64,000 bases of DNA from Klebsormidium nitens (GCA_000708835.1 DF237002.1:91091-155090); one strand, 5' to 3'; positions 1 to 13,000 are shown, counted from the first letter of the stretch. The notes: generated by a model not told the origin, from the sequence alone. Numbers and translations: made by a program.

Positions 1-1057
1 AAATTTTGGCAAAACTCCCATATATAGATCGTATTTTCTTTCCAAAGCATGGGCGTCCGAACAAGCTCTCAGGCAATCCTAATAGACAACAAACGGGTTG
101 GTGCTCAAGAGCTGCTGCTATTATGCATGTAAACCAGCTCAGTACTGTTGATCGCGTTATAGCATGTGATGTATAATATATGGCCGGCACAATTGCGTGG
201 AGGCAGGACCACGTCCACAGCTGTGTTTTCCAATCATTTCACACTGCGAAAATCGCGACGCTGTTGCATGGAGGTAAGATGGCAATATTCGCCAATCAAT
301 TAAGCGCAAACACCTCTCCTACAAGATGATGTATGCTGTTCACAACTGGAAATCCAAATCTTGTGACTACTCTTTCGTACGTGATACTTTAGTATTCATG
401 CGCTCCCCCGCTTTCTCATTGTTCTGAAGTGAGTTCTTGCAATCTGCAACTCTCCACCGCTCTAATCAAATCTCACACGCTTGAAGTCACGGTCAACATT
501 ACAACCATCCAGCTAATTGCGAAGTTCTATCCCGCCCAGACCTCCAAGTGCCGATTTTCGACAGCCGCTTGTCTGGTACGAAGAGTCCTTTTATAGCTTA
601 ACTGCCACTCGTAGGATGACGAATCTACTCTACGAAGCGTCCACTCAAAATCCGGCAACTTCATCTTGTGACCAACTTGCTGATTTCGCGACCAGAGTTC
701 CCTCCGCAGAAGCTTTCAAGACATGTGCTGATGGGGACTTCAAACCGTCTCCTTGAACGAGGAGCCACCTGCGTTCACCTGACTCTTTCCATTAACGGTC
801 CAGACCCGAACACTGGAAAGCGCTCTGCCAGCCGCACGTTGCAGTAGTCTTGCTAGACATACTCCAGGTCCGTCAACATGATCTCAACCCAGCAAGCGAG
901 GGCACAAGGTCTCCGCGCGAAGCATGTGGGTACTCCCCCGGCTGCGTGTTGCTCGTCCGAGGAGGCCCCGTCCCAAAGCTAAGAATGCTTAGATTTCTAA
1001 TGCACAATGATGTTTTTCAGCGACCGCGCATGCGGTTCGCCACAGACACGCCACGTG

Positions 1058-4000
1058 TCACACCGCCAGGCGCGTCATGGACTGCGTCATCTCCGTGGCG
1101 TTCCCGGTCTTGTGCTTGTCGAAGGAGACCGCGTGGTTCTTCGAGAGATGCTTGGCGGTAACGGGAGAGGTCGCCGACACGGGCTGGTGACGCGCGTCCA
1201 GGTGCGCGGTGTGGCTGCGGATCCAGGGGTGCTCCAGCATCTCGCCCACCGTCATGCGCTGCTCCGGCGACTTGACCAGAGCCTGTGCAGACAGAGGCCA
1301 TGTGTTAGGGCCAGCAACGAGCTTTGTCTCACTCTGTCACCTCGTCAATTGTACCGTTAAATTTGAGGCTAGGAAGGCAAAAACATACTTTGTCGATCCA
1401 TCGAGTCGACCTGCACATTGACTTCTCTGCAGGCGTACAACATTAAGAGAAGCGGGTCATCTGTCGACGTCGTCACTCGTTACGAACTGAGCTAGGGAAG
1501 GCGAGCGGGTCATTTGCTGATCTTCGCTCGCAGCAATCAAGGGCCACAATCACACGAAAAAAGTAATAGTTTGTCTTCTAGCTTTCTCCACAGACCGACT
1601 CTCACGCAAAACTCGATCATGCAAAGCAGCTACCAGAGATGCGGTGCAAATTCTTTTCTTTCATCTTCGCCTACTTCAGCACCTCAAGAGCGGGGCGCCA
1701 GAGTGGTATGCATTATGCACGTCCGTTCTTCGCTTTCCGCCTTTGAAAGTTTGATCTGCAGAATGTGGAGCTGCTTACCTTGGAGATGAAGTGGATGGCG
1801 TCGTCGGTGAGGTGCGCGGGCCAGCCGGAGCGGTCGGTGGGCAGCTCCGACCAGATGATCATGGCGCACGTGACGGCTTCGTCCTCGACCTCGAATGGCG
1901 GCTTTCCAACGAGCAGCTCGTACGTCAGGATGCCGCAAGCCCTGGGAATCCAAGCAGAGACGGTCACCAACGTAGCGAAGCAAAGGGTTCAAACCGCGTG
2001 CGTATTTGAGGAGGGGGGCCGTGCGGCGCGGTTGGCAGAGCTCAGAGTAAGCGGAATACACTGAGTTCCGAAAAAGGGCGATAAACTGTGCACAGAAAGC
2101 TTGAGAAGACAGCTGCTGGTGAACTTGATGGGAAAGAAGGTAAGTTGCTCCATCATGCGTACAAATCAAACAAACTCATTTGCCTTGACTTCCATTGTGC
2201 ACAAGGAAGCCCTTTCTGTCTGGTATCTCGCCCTACGCAAGTCGAAACCAGCTTGCTTTCCGGATCCAGGTATGAGCAATAGCACGGTCCCAGCACCATT
2301 ACGATTGCCAAGCACACACTGACAAAACCGACCGCATCACGGCGTGGCGTTCCTATTTATTGTCCCGTGTTCCTGTCACGAAGAGTTCATCACAATCAGG
2401 AAGAGCAATGGAACATTAGAAGTCAGGCGAACTCACCATGCATCGACTTGCTCATCGTACTCCTTCTGGCCTACGGGCTCTTCTCCCTGAGCAGAGACTG
2501 GCAGCATGAGGATCTCGGGGGCCATGTAGTCAAGCGTACCTGCAATAAGATGCATTTGGTTGATGACTTTCTGGAAGGAAACAGTGTGGCTCGGTTGTGC
2601 TGGAGAGGCGGGTTTGTCGTGGCCTGTGAACGGGCACACGCCCCTCGAGAAAGCTGGATCAGTAGCTCTTAGCAAGAAAGGCTCTTGATGGGGTGCACCC
2701 CAATCTGAAGGGTGCGCCATCTTGATGCACCTTTTAAAGCAGAGGTGAAATGTGAGTCTTTGAAAGGCTGGAGGACTGCAGATGGAGAGGGGTGTGCTTT
2801 TTGGAGTCCCAGGGTTCATAGGAACCTTACCAATCCGGTGAACAAGGCGTTCTGTGTGCTTGTTGATGGCAAGACCAAAATCGCCGAGCTTCACGAGACC
2901 ATCGGCATCGACAAAAAGATTCTCTGGCTTGATGTCCCTGCAAGAATGACGAATGTCTCATCAGCTGCTGGTCTATATCTCAGCGCAAGGCACAGGAGGA
3001 ACAATGAAGCAATCATCTCCTTGAACAAAGTGCAACATTGATCTGCACAAAAATGCCTCAGATTCTGGGGCTCTTTTTGCAGAGGACTGAGTTCGTATTG
3101 ACGTATGGATGCAGAATCGCAAGCGGGAATCGGCAAGAATGGAGGAAACTTCAGATCCACTCCAATGCGTACCTGTGAACGATGCCGAGCGCGTGTATAT
3201 GTTTGAGAGCACTGAGAAGGGGAAAGAGCACCTGGAGCGAGATACAACAAGGTCCTGATCAGATGCAGCTAGAGCATCAGCCAAAATGTGGCAGTCAGAT
3301 CTAAAAAGCTTTGTATGAGCAATCACAGTCCGAGATGCAAATGCAGAACCCAGTAATGCAAGCGCTTGCAAGAGGAGTTGCTTTGAATGAAGGACATCTC
3401 GTGTGCAAGGGGTCGTGTGAGATGGATGCGGGTCTGACCAGCTTGGCAGCTTCTTCCTCTTTAAGGCGACCCCCGGCGTCCTCCAGCATCTGTAGGACGT
3501 CCCCTTTCTGGCAGTACTCTTGAACCAAGTACATGTTTGCGGTGTCCTCAAAGGAGGCTAACACAGGACAGAGGTACTTGAAACTGCATTCAACAACATA
3601 GTTTAGGCAGTGAGCCAGTGCCCTGTGCACTAACCAGCAAAAAATGGGCTTCAGCTACCCAGACTGTGTGCTTTGCTGAAGTGCGCCAGAAGTATAAACC
3701 CTCACTTCCATAAAGAAAGTGCACAATTACAAAGCACTGAGGCCATGGAATGCCTTTACAGATCTGCAAGCAATTGGCAACTTGAATACCAAGAAGCTGA
3801 ATCCACCCTGTATTCGGGGTTCTAAAACCTCGAGGCAAATGTTTCGGTTTGGAGGGCTTTACTTACGCTCTTGCCTTCTCATCAAGGATATTGATCTCCC
3901 GCTCCACTTGCAGCCTGTTTGCGGCGCTCAGCTTGTTTTTGAAGTATGCTTTGATGGCCGCTAGGAAGCTCGTGCGGATGCATTTTGCAGCCCACACTAT

Positions 4001-4543
4001 TGACGCTCTGGAAGTAAAGAACAGACGCTCAGTTTTTGCAGCAACAGTACGCATCCAACAGATCCGAAGACCATGCTGTGCTGGGGGTTTCTAGCATTTC
4101 TCAGCTAAGTTAAAGCAAGCAAGCTGTATGAATAGCATCAGGAAGCTGCAGACTAGAGCTAAGAATCAAATGTGCAGAGCGGTTTCAACTGGTCTGCTCA
4201 AATTGACACTCGAGTCTGACATAGCTCAGGAATCCTTGTGGCTTGCATCTCCATATGTCAGAATTTTCTCTAGATCTTTTGGTGACGAGCGCCAGCTGCT
4301 GCATATTGATGAGCTTAGCCCATCTTCAGTTGCAGCACAGAAGCTGGACCACACAATAGATACAGAAAGGAGCCAAAAGGGAGATGATCCTCACCTTCCA
4401 TTGGCTATCTCCACTCGGTCTTTAAAGTCAGCTAGGCCGCGCCAATACTTTGCCATTAGCGCTAGGTCCTCGTCCGATCTGTCCTCAATCATTGCGGTAT
4501 TCAAGCCCGCAACCTTCGAAGGCTTTTGCCCCGCGGCCGGCAT
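1058..4543 (-). CDS. Aurora-like Ser/Thr protein kinase (8 inferred exons; start codon uncertain)
   Basis: Exons approx 4543-4395, 4007-3867, 3583-3439, 3231-3173, 2937-2831, 2539-2437, 1941-1779 and 1282-1058 join in frame at GT-AG sites. The product has AAIKAYFK (VAIK Lys), QVEREINIL, HRDIKPEN, VKLGDFGLA, GTLDYMAPE, DAWACGILTYELLVGKPPF and LEHPWI. The EREI, GTLDYMAPE and ELLVGKPPF motifs resemble Aurora-type kinases. Confidence 0.85.
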
Positions 4544-5714
4544 CCTGTGGACCAATTCAGCTCTATCTTAAGTTGTTCTGATTGGGGTTGACAGCATAGT
4601 GGAAGCGTCCTCTTGTTGATACACCTGCTGAGCATTGGGATGCCAAAGCTTGAATAAGTTTCTGCTTTACAGCTTTACAGCAGATACTAAGCTGCTGACA
4701 AGTTCCTTCTTTGCAGCTTTCCAGCAGATACCCAAGCTGGAAGTAGAGTAGTCCTAGCTTCAAACAGGCATCTTCATCAACATTCCTTTGAGTGAAGGGT
4801 CTGCACCAGTACTTACCTGTTGAAGATGGATCACGGCCAACCTCAGGAGCCTAATTAATACCTCGGTTCCTTCCACTCCAATCTTTTACAGGACAGGCAA
4901 ACTTCTCAAACAACCATGTCCTTCTTTCGGCCAAGAAGGAAATGGATCAGTCCCTTCACCAACAAGCGCCACAAGCTTCAATGTATCCCAGGTGATGGCA
5001 AACGTCCACAAAGGCGCCCTGTCCGCTTCGAAAACGCTTCTGTGGCAGCAGCACCACATCATTGATCAGGCCAGCTTCGAGGCGCGAGCTCCCATCATTG
5101 ACGAACAACAGATCTACCTATATGCTCCTTGCATGTCCTGACCTAAGATTACGGAAGTCAACAAGCAAACTTAGCCAAGCCGGGTCGTTAAGAACTGCAG
5201 TTGCGTCTGAATTAATGACTTATTGGAAAGTGTGCAGGCATGGATTCCTAGCTCTAGCCCTTTGTGAGTCACGACGATTTCGCTACATAGCGCTGGTACC
5301 TACCATATTACCTCTCCTCAGCCTACATATGGTATCTGCGTACCTATTTGGGTGAGAATTTCCTGTTCTGATCTACCTATGTGTACGGTACCGACATCTG
5401 CTACATCCTAGATCCAACCACCAGGGAGGTTGTATCTGATGTCAGATGAATGTCAACAAATGAACCGGCATGCAGCATCCTTGTAACAATGTAAGTTGTC
5501 ATTGTAGCTAGGACCAGTCCAACGTTCCTGGATAAAGTGCTGCAAAAAGTGCATTTCAGAAGAAATTTCAAGCATAAAATCTTTTTTGGTAGATTTGCAG
5601 GCGGAAGAACGGAATGGAATTCAAGGCTACTCAATGACTGAGCGGAATCACTCCAGGAATCAGTTCCGTCTATCAAGCAGGGAACCTGTTTCTGACAGCT
5701 TTCTGATAAGGATA

Positions 5715-5902
5715 AAGTTTAATACCTATAATTAAGGATCTAAGAGCTATAAGACACGCCCGGCGAACGGGTGGGGCTGGTATGGTGGTTAGGGTGGGTT
5801 CGGGTGCGGAGCACGTCATGTTTGTTGGTTAGGGTTTTTAGTTAGGTTGCTGCCCCGGGTACTTCCTTATGGGTATTAGATCCTAATATAGGTATTAAAC
5901 TT
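5715..5902. mobile_element. Short inverted-repeat (MITE-like) element with G-rich, telomere-like interior
   Basis: Left arm 5715-5743 (AAGTTTAATACCTATAATTAAGGATCTAA) is the reverse complement of 5876-5902 (TTAGATCCTAATATAGGTATTAAACTT) apart from two 1-nt gaps. The interior has TTAGGG at 5789 and 5829. No clear TSD. Confidence 0.5.
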
Positions 5903-6281
5903 GATGGATATGCTTTCTGGCCTTGTTCTATCCGGATCTGATTGCAGGCCGGAAGTGCAGCCAGGTATGTACCGTGCACGTACTCCAAGGCGCCTGACCA
6001 TACCTAGGTTTGGGAGCTACTTCCTGATTGGAGATGTTGCCTTTGAAAATCACATCTCAATTCTCAACTGCTTCCTCTGCAGCCAATGATCTCTCAGGCC
6101 CGATTTGGAAATTGCAACCAGGCTAAATGCAGACGATGAATGTACATTTTCTTGAGAGGACTTTGGACATTCGCGCGCGCACAGACTGGATACCCTCGAC
6201 TCTGAAGCGTCGATAATGTCATATCGACGGTTGCTGGGTCCCGACAAGAAAGCTGTCGGATCGGACGCGTTCAAGTTGCCA

Positions 6282-6350
6282 GGCACCGTCCGACGGTGCC
6301 GACGGTCGACGGTGCGACGGTCGACGTCCGACGGTGCCGACGGTCGACGC
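6282..6350. repeat. CGACGG(T) microsatellite-like array beginning with a 9-bp-arm hairpin
   Basis: GGCACCGTC-C-GACGGTGCC at 6282-6300 is followed by repeated CGACGGT/CGACGT units up to about 6350. Confidence 0.75.
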
Positions 6351-7096
6351 GTGCATACCGTACCGCTGTGGAGCAATTGCAAATGTTGAATGATGTCACA
6401 CTGATAATATGCATTTGCGTATTGACCTATCATATCATGTGCGCCTGCCAGGCAACCCGGCGTATATTGTAGTTGAAAGAAGACCATCATTCTTGGACGA
6501 TTATATGATGTATGTATCACGATGGGTATATGTATTATCAATGGTCACGCGTATGCATGTCGCATAGGCCCTTTGGTTAGACTGCACTCATTGGTGCGGA
6601 GCCGGTTCAACTTAAGAGGGCCTTATCGAAAGCAATAATCGAAGAGCAGATTAGTGGTGCGTCTAAGTTACATGCACTGACGCACGTGCGCGTAAATCAG
6701 AGGAATTCGAGCCGCGCTATGATGATGTAGCTGTGAAATCTAATGTAGAGTAGTAATATTTCATGGCATCGCTTTTGCGCACCTACATCTGAAACGTTAT
6801 GTCGAAAACTTGAGCCTTGAATGAGGTGCTAAGCATAGCGCCCAATAAGGTGGCATGACTACGTTACAATGGGAACTTGAACTTGGATAACAACGTAGCG
6901 GATCTCGCCGTAGGCTGGATATTCGACAATCGACTTGTCCAAAACGTTATTTGGCACACCGATCACTCTTTTCTTTGGTGATTGATATAAGCTCTGATAC
7001 CTCAACAATGCTCAATTGTTGTTCTATTTACATGTTCAACCTATAAACGAATGGTTTGAGGGGTTTGTATGTTATATGCTCAAGTCATCGAGCTTG

Positions 7097-10000
7097 CTAC
7101 CCGGCCCTTAACCGCCCTTCTTTTTGTTGCGACGTATTTGACGTCCGAGAGGGTTTGACAAGCCCGTTTGGTGCATTGAAAGGGCTTGGTTGCGCTAGGT
7201 TCTTGGAACCGCTTTGAGCAGACGTTGAGGACGAGGGCGGGAGCTCTCCCACCGAAGAGCCGGAGGATGTTCGAGCCGGAATGGAGGGAGCGGTTTCCAT
7301 GTACTCCTGCAAAATAAGGTCAAACTCAGTGAGTGCGTGTGGGAGGGAAGGAACGTGTGATTTAGGTCTAGCCGCCCCCTACATGCCCTTGTGTGCATCT
7401 CTTGTTTTAGACGCTGTCTTACCAACGCAACTGTCGGAAGGTGCCCCCAGGATACAAGACAGATCCGAAGATTTACCGATGGGAGCGCCAACTCAATGGG
7501 GACACGAGCACACTACTGCAGGCGTTTCTAGGTGATACGAACTCACACCAAAACAACGAGACACCGGCTATGCTTTCAAGCAAGAAGGCTCGGTCTGCCA
7601 CGCTTGCACAATCAAAACAAAGGCCATAACGACCTGACAACTGCGTTTACCACCGGATCAAAAGCCTCAAGAGCTGGTTGACAAAGCAACCGCATACTTT
7701 CGAACGGAGGATTGACCGTAAAACACTGCGGTGCTCGAATTCAAAAGCTTCAGCGCCAAAACGTCTTCTTAGCCAAAGCTTCTGCACGCCCAGATTCCCA
7801 AGCCCCGAAAGAGTCCGATCCCCACACTCTCCAGATCCAAACCGCCGAACGCCTTCAAATCCGAAACCCTCCAACCACAACCCTCCAACCTGAACCCCGC
7901 AAACAACTTCGGACTTGAGTTGTAACCTCTTCTAGGGCTTTAGGACCTCTAGCTTGAAATGTCGGAGCTCTAAACCCATGTGAGCTCCTCAACGGTTCTA
8001 CAGGGAAGAAGCTGGACGAAAGATCAGTAGAGCGTTGATCCCACCCTGCAGCGCCGCAAAGAAACACGTGTTCAAGTAAGGCAATCACAGCTAGTTAACA
8101 GCCCATGTCATAACCGCCCCCCCCCTCACCTGCAGCGCCGCCAGGTGGCGCACGACGGTGCCCATGGTGGGCCGCGACTTGGGGTTGTCCTTGAGGCACT
8201 GGTCGCAGATCTGGCCCGCCTTCTGCGCCGCCTTGACGTCATACACGCCCTCCAGCCGCGGGTCCATGATCTTGTACATCTTGCGCCGGTCGCTCAACAG
8301 CGGCTGCGCCTGTCGAGCTGAACGGAAACTTGGTGAAAAGGTCGGCCAGTTGGTTTCCTGAGAAAAGACTTTCCTTTAACCTGACCTGGTCCGCAGCTCT
8401 TTGCATGTTGCGCCGGTCGCTCAGCAGCGGCTGCGCCTGTTGTGGAAGATGAAATCATGGTTAGGAAGTCAACCAAGACCTTTCGGTTGTTCCTAAGCAA
8501 GAACCTCTAAAGGTTTCCTTGGCCCTTTTCTTGGGTCCCTTGATCTTGTACATCTTGCGCCGGTCGCTCAACAGCGGCTGCGCCTGTCGAGCAGAAAGGA
8601 CACTTGGTTACGGGTCGCCCTTTTCTGTTCTTACTGAGAGACATTCTCACAAGTTTCCTTGTCCTGAGTTGGTCCGTCCGTTTTGAGCTTATTGCGCCGG
8701 TCGCTCAGCAGCGGCTGCGCCTGTTCAGGAGACCGGAGACCTGGTTATGGGGTTGACCTTTCAGTTACTACTAGGTAAGGGTTCCCATTAGTTTCCTTCT
8801 GACCTAACCTGGTTAATAGTCCTGTGCATTTTGTAGCCTGTCGAGCGATATGGAGACTCGATCATAGGGTCGCCCATTTCGAATCCGATCCTGAGCAAGA
8901 GTTACTAGCAGCCTTGTGCATCTTGCGCTGATCGTTTAGCAGCGGCTCCGCTTGTCCCGGCCAAAGAGTAAGTTGTCGATTCATATGACAAATCCCTTTA
9001 GAGACCGTCCACTCCGTCCAGGAATGAAAAGAATCTAAGAAGGAACTTACCCACTGCACCTGTTGTGGGGCCCCCGCGGCTACCCCTTGTCCAACGCAAC
9101 CTTTCCTGTGAGCAGCTTCAGCAAGGCAGCGCAAAGATCTACTACCCCTCTAACATTCAGAACACCGTCTCAAGACGCCAAAAAATGCCGTCTGATTGAA
9201 TCCAAAATGTCAAAAAGCACTCACCCATTGCACCAGGTTGTGCTGCCCCTGCGGCCGCCCCTTGTCCACTGCAATCTTGCCCGTAAGCAGCTCCAATAAC
9301 ACCACTCCAAACGAGTAAACGTCACTGCGCGCCGTGAGGTGCCCCGTCATGACGTACTCAGGCGCGCAGTAGCCGTACGTGCCCATGACACGTGTCGACA
9401 CGTGGGTCTTGTCGCCCGTCGGGCCGTTCTTGGCCAGCCCAAAGTCGGACAGCTTTACGTTGTAGTCCTGCGAGGAGGATGTGCTCTGTTCAGACTCGGT
9501 GTCGCTTCTGTCGGGCTCGAAGGTATGCCGATGTGGCAGCCGCCAGATACACGCACAAGCGGCTTGAGCGCTTAAGAGGAATCTCGCATTTCTTTCTTTT
9601 AACTCCTCCTCTTGAATGCACCGCACCTGGGGTGCCCCGCTTTGAAGGCTCCTCTGGCAGAAGGCCTAACGTCTCCAAATCCCCACGATCATCGCAAAAT
9701 CCACAGAAACTAAAAGAAAAGAAGCCCAACCCTTTTCTTCTTCCCAACGGACATATTGTTGGCTCTGAAGCAACCTCCAACTGCATCCTCGCACGGAGAA
9801 CCGGCATGGGCGTTCCGAAGGTGCCCTTCTTCTTGACGGCAAATAGACGCCCTCTGCCATAAAGCCAAAACACTTCCTTAATTCCCGACCGTCTGTCCTC
9901 GATGCTTCGCCTGGCCCCTCTTCTTGACGTCCAGAGCAGAACTTCCCTCTTCAAGACCCCAAAACAGTTTTCCTCTTTTCCAACACCCCCCGCGGCGCCT

Positions 10001-13000
10001 CACCTGGTCCAGCAAGATGTTGGACGCCTTGAAGTCGCGGTAGATGACGGGCGGCTTGCCCTCGTCGTCGTGCAGGTACTCCAGCCCCGCCGCGGCGCCC
10101 AGCGCGATCTTCACGCGGAGCGCCCAAGAGAGGGGACTGCTGCTTCCTGCACGAGACAACAGCGAATGCAAACGTGTCAGCAGTCACGGCTGATGTCATG
10201 GATGTTTATGGCTGGTGGACTGATGGGTTACGAACGGGTGACTGCACGTGCAGCACCCAGGAGACGGGGCTGCTGCTCCCTGCACGAAGGACATTGCACA
10301 CACGGCTGAGCTTCGTCAGACTCACGGCTCTTGAGGCTGAAGTCCGGCAAGTCTTCTGGCGGGTAAAAAGGATAGCTTCACTCTTTGACTGTCTCACCCT
10401 TCTAATAAAGTTACTCTAAGGATGACAACCCGTCGTCGTCATCTCTGAGCTTTCAAGAGGTTGATAGACAACGCAAAGCGCCGTGGCTCCAGACAAACTG
10501 GAACCAGAGTGAAACCATTGTAAGCCGGATTCAACCGCACTTTCCCTGACGTATGACGGCGGACGACCTGAATGGAGACCCTCAACGAAAGTAAGCGGAA
10601 CCCGTGGCTGAGGAATGTAGACTCAAGTAAAGTTTTCGGCCCCCCGCCTCAGCTTCCCCCTCCAAGTTCGATGGTTCAGGATAGGGCTGGAAAAGCCTAG
10701 TGATCGTCCACATGGGGGGGTGGACAATGAGCGCGGTTCAGTAGAACCTGCAATTCTAATGAACCAGTTAGAATTGCAGGTTCTAACAGCATGGCGACGG
10801 CTCAAGAATCTTTGTAAGGCGACGGGCTCACGTCTGAAGAGGTGATGCTCCAGGCTGCCACGTGGCATGAACTCGTACACGAGCAGCCGCTGATCCTCCT
10901 CGGCGCAGTACCCAATCAGGTTGACCAGGTTGGGATGGTGGAGCCGGCTCAGCATGCTGACCTCCACCTGCAACAGTAGGTTCAAGTTTATGTTTCTGTC
11001 TCCTTGCATGTTTTCGCCATCATTAGCTTTTTCCGAGTCCCGACAGATGTGTGACTTTTAGGGCTCCGCGCAGAGCAACAGCACGTTGTCTCCGCAAGAA
11101 GGCAGCAGCACGCTGCCTCCGCAAGAAGGATTCGGTGCACCCCAACAACCCTATGATCCTAAAACCCATGAAGGACCCATTTGATAACCCAATTGCAGAA
11201 TTCGTTAATTCTCAAACTTGCGCAGGAAGCTGTCTGGTCTCGACCTTCTGATGTTTCACGCCTTTGGAGTTTGCAGTCACCAAATTGCGGGGACCCAAAT
11301 GGTAACCCATGACTTCTGATGCAAGCACGCCTCATCCCGATATCGCCGGTATGTCTCCTGCATCGAACTGAATCCACCTCCTATGAATTGCTCCAAGATC
11401 CCACACAAACCGGCATCAACTTCTCAACCGGCGGCGTACCTGGAACTCCTGGACTCTGACATCTGACAACCGAGGGGACCCTAAAGGAACTGGCAATGTA
11501 AACCCTCGTGGTGCTAATCTGCTGACAAAAACCTGCGACACCATTCACTAAACTAGTCAGACTCACGCGGGCGCTACTGCGACTTGAAGCCGCTGGATGA
11601 AAACATGTACAAATTGCAACGTAGTAAGTGTTTCACACATTCAACAACGAGGCCCAGGCGCATGTCAAGTACTCCTTGTAATTACGACTTCCCCGACTCC
11701 GTTCTGAGAATAATGAAGCGAACACAATTCGAGATCACAGTGAACCATATTTCAAAACTCAGAACAAGACCAGGCGCACATGAAGGAAATCCTGTGACCC
11801 TGGCTTGCAAATGGAGGTATGCTAGAAATAGATGTTACCAGAGCCCGAATCGAGGGTTTACTAGATGCATACCACAACTCCTCGTGACCCTGGTTTACAA
11901 ATGAGACTCCTAACCGTTTCCTGAGAAGCAAAAACAAGACAAACTAAAACTCAATATTCCGGGATTCCAAGTTGAGAAGGGATTAGGCGCCTACCATAAA
12001 CTCCTTGTGGCCCTGGCTCCCCTCGCGGTCCAGCTGCTTGACCGCAACCACCTGGCCCGTGCTCTCCAGCCGCCCCGCGTAGACCCGCCCAAAGCCGCCC
12101 TCTCCAAGGAGACTGTCCTGCCGAAAGTTCTTTGTGGCGGCTTTGAGCTCCTGCGGGGAACGGAGGGGGGCGGATGAGGTTGGACTGACCTTCAAATCAC
12201 GAATCGGTGTGACGTGAGTGCCAAGTGTAAGCTTTCTGCCATGGCCCATTTTGCTGGAGGATGCTGGTGTCCTGGAATCCTGATGGATGATCCCTCTTAA
12301 TGATATCGGTGCCTGAGCACACAAAGGGCAGAAACTCTGATTGGCGGTCTGCGGAAAAGCCGTTCCAACCGCTTTCGCCTCCTGCAAGGGGGAAGGATCA
12401 TGCAGACAGCCCCCTCATGAACTAGATTTGCACGTGTGAGAGGAGCGACGAGGTCAGAATTCACTCACCTGATAAGTAAACGTTCGGCACTTCACGGGGG
12501 ACGTCAGGGAAGGCGTCATTCCGTACGGAAAACCTGGACCCCCGGCCGCCCCCCCAAGATCACTGGAGGCACTGCCGGAGCTGCGATGGCCGCCCGTTAC
12601 GGGAACGACCTGAGGCAAAGGGAGGGCCTGCCGAGACGCTGGACGAATCCCGCTGTAACCTGGGAACGAGAAGAGAGGGTTCGGCACCCAACAAATTGCA
12701 GAGCTAGAGGAGTTTGTATGGCCGTATGGTTTTGTGGATGTGCGCCCATTAGAATACAGGAGAGGGAAGAAGTTGCATTCATCAGACTGCAGTGCTGATG
12801 AGGGCGGTGTGGCTGTATGGTCGGGTGGATTCGCGCTCACTAACACGGAAGTGTCGCATCTGTCAATTTGCTTAGCTGGCAAAGTCTTCAGCGTCTTGTG
12901 GATATTGCGCCCACCAGAACGCAGGAAAGGGGAAGTTCCGTTGACAAGCCTCCGATATTCAAATGATGGCCGTCCTTCTGAGAATGCTCGAGCTGACAAA

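Noticed and set aside
3867-3880. Possible non-canonical GC-AG donor (AAG|GCAAGA) in the Aurora-like kinase
   Set aside because: A canonical GTAAGT donor a few bases downstream gives the correct phase with the next exon.
5789-5850. True interstitial telomere array
   Set aside because: There are only two exact TTAGGG units, non-adjacent and among degenerate sequence. Kept only as part of the fold-back element.
8268-8730. Regularly spaced ~33-nt direct repeats that superficially resemble a CRISPR array
   Set aside because: The repeat is a copy of a eukaryotic kinase exon and acceptor, the spacers are long and related to each other, and there are no cas genes.
11076-11129. Two ~27-bp tandem units (CAGCACG..CTCCGCAAGAAGG) in a PBL intron
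   Set aside because: A simple two-copy duplication with no link to exons or other elements.
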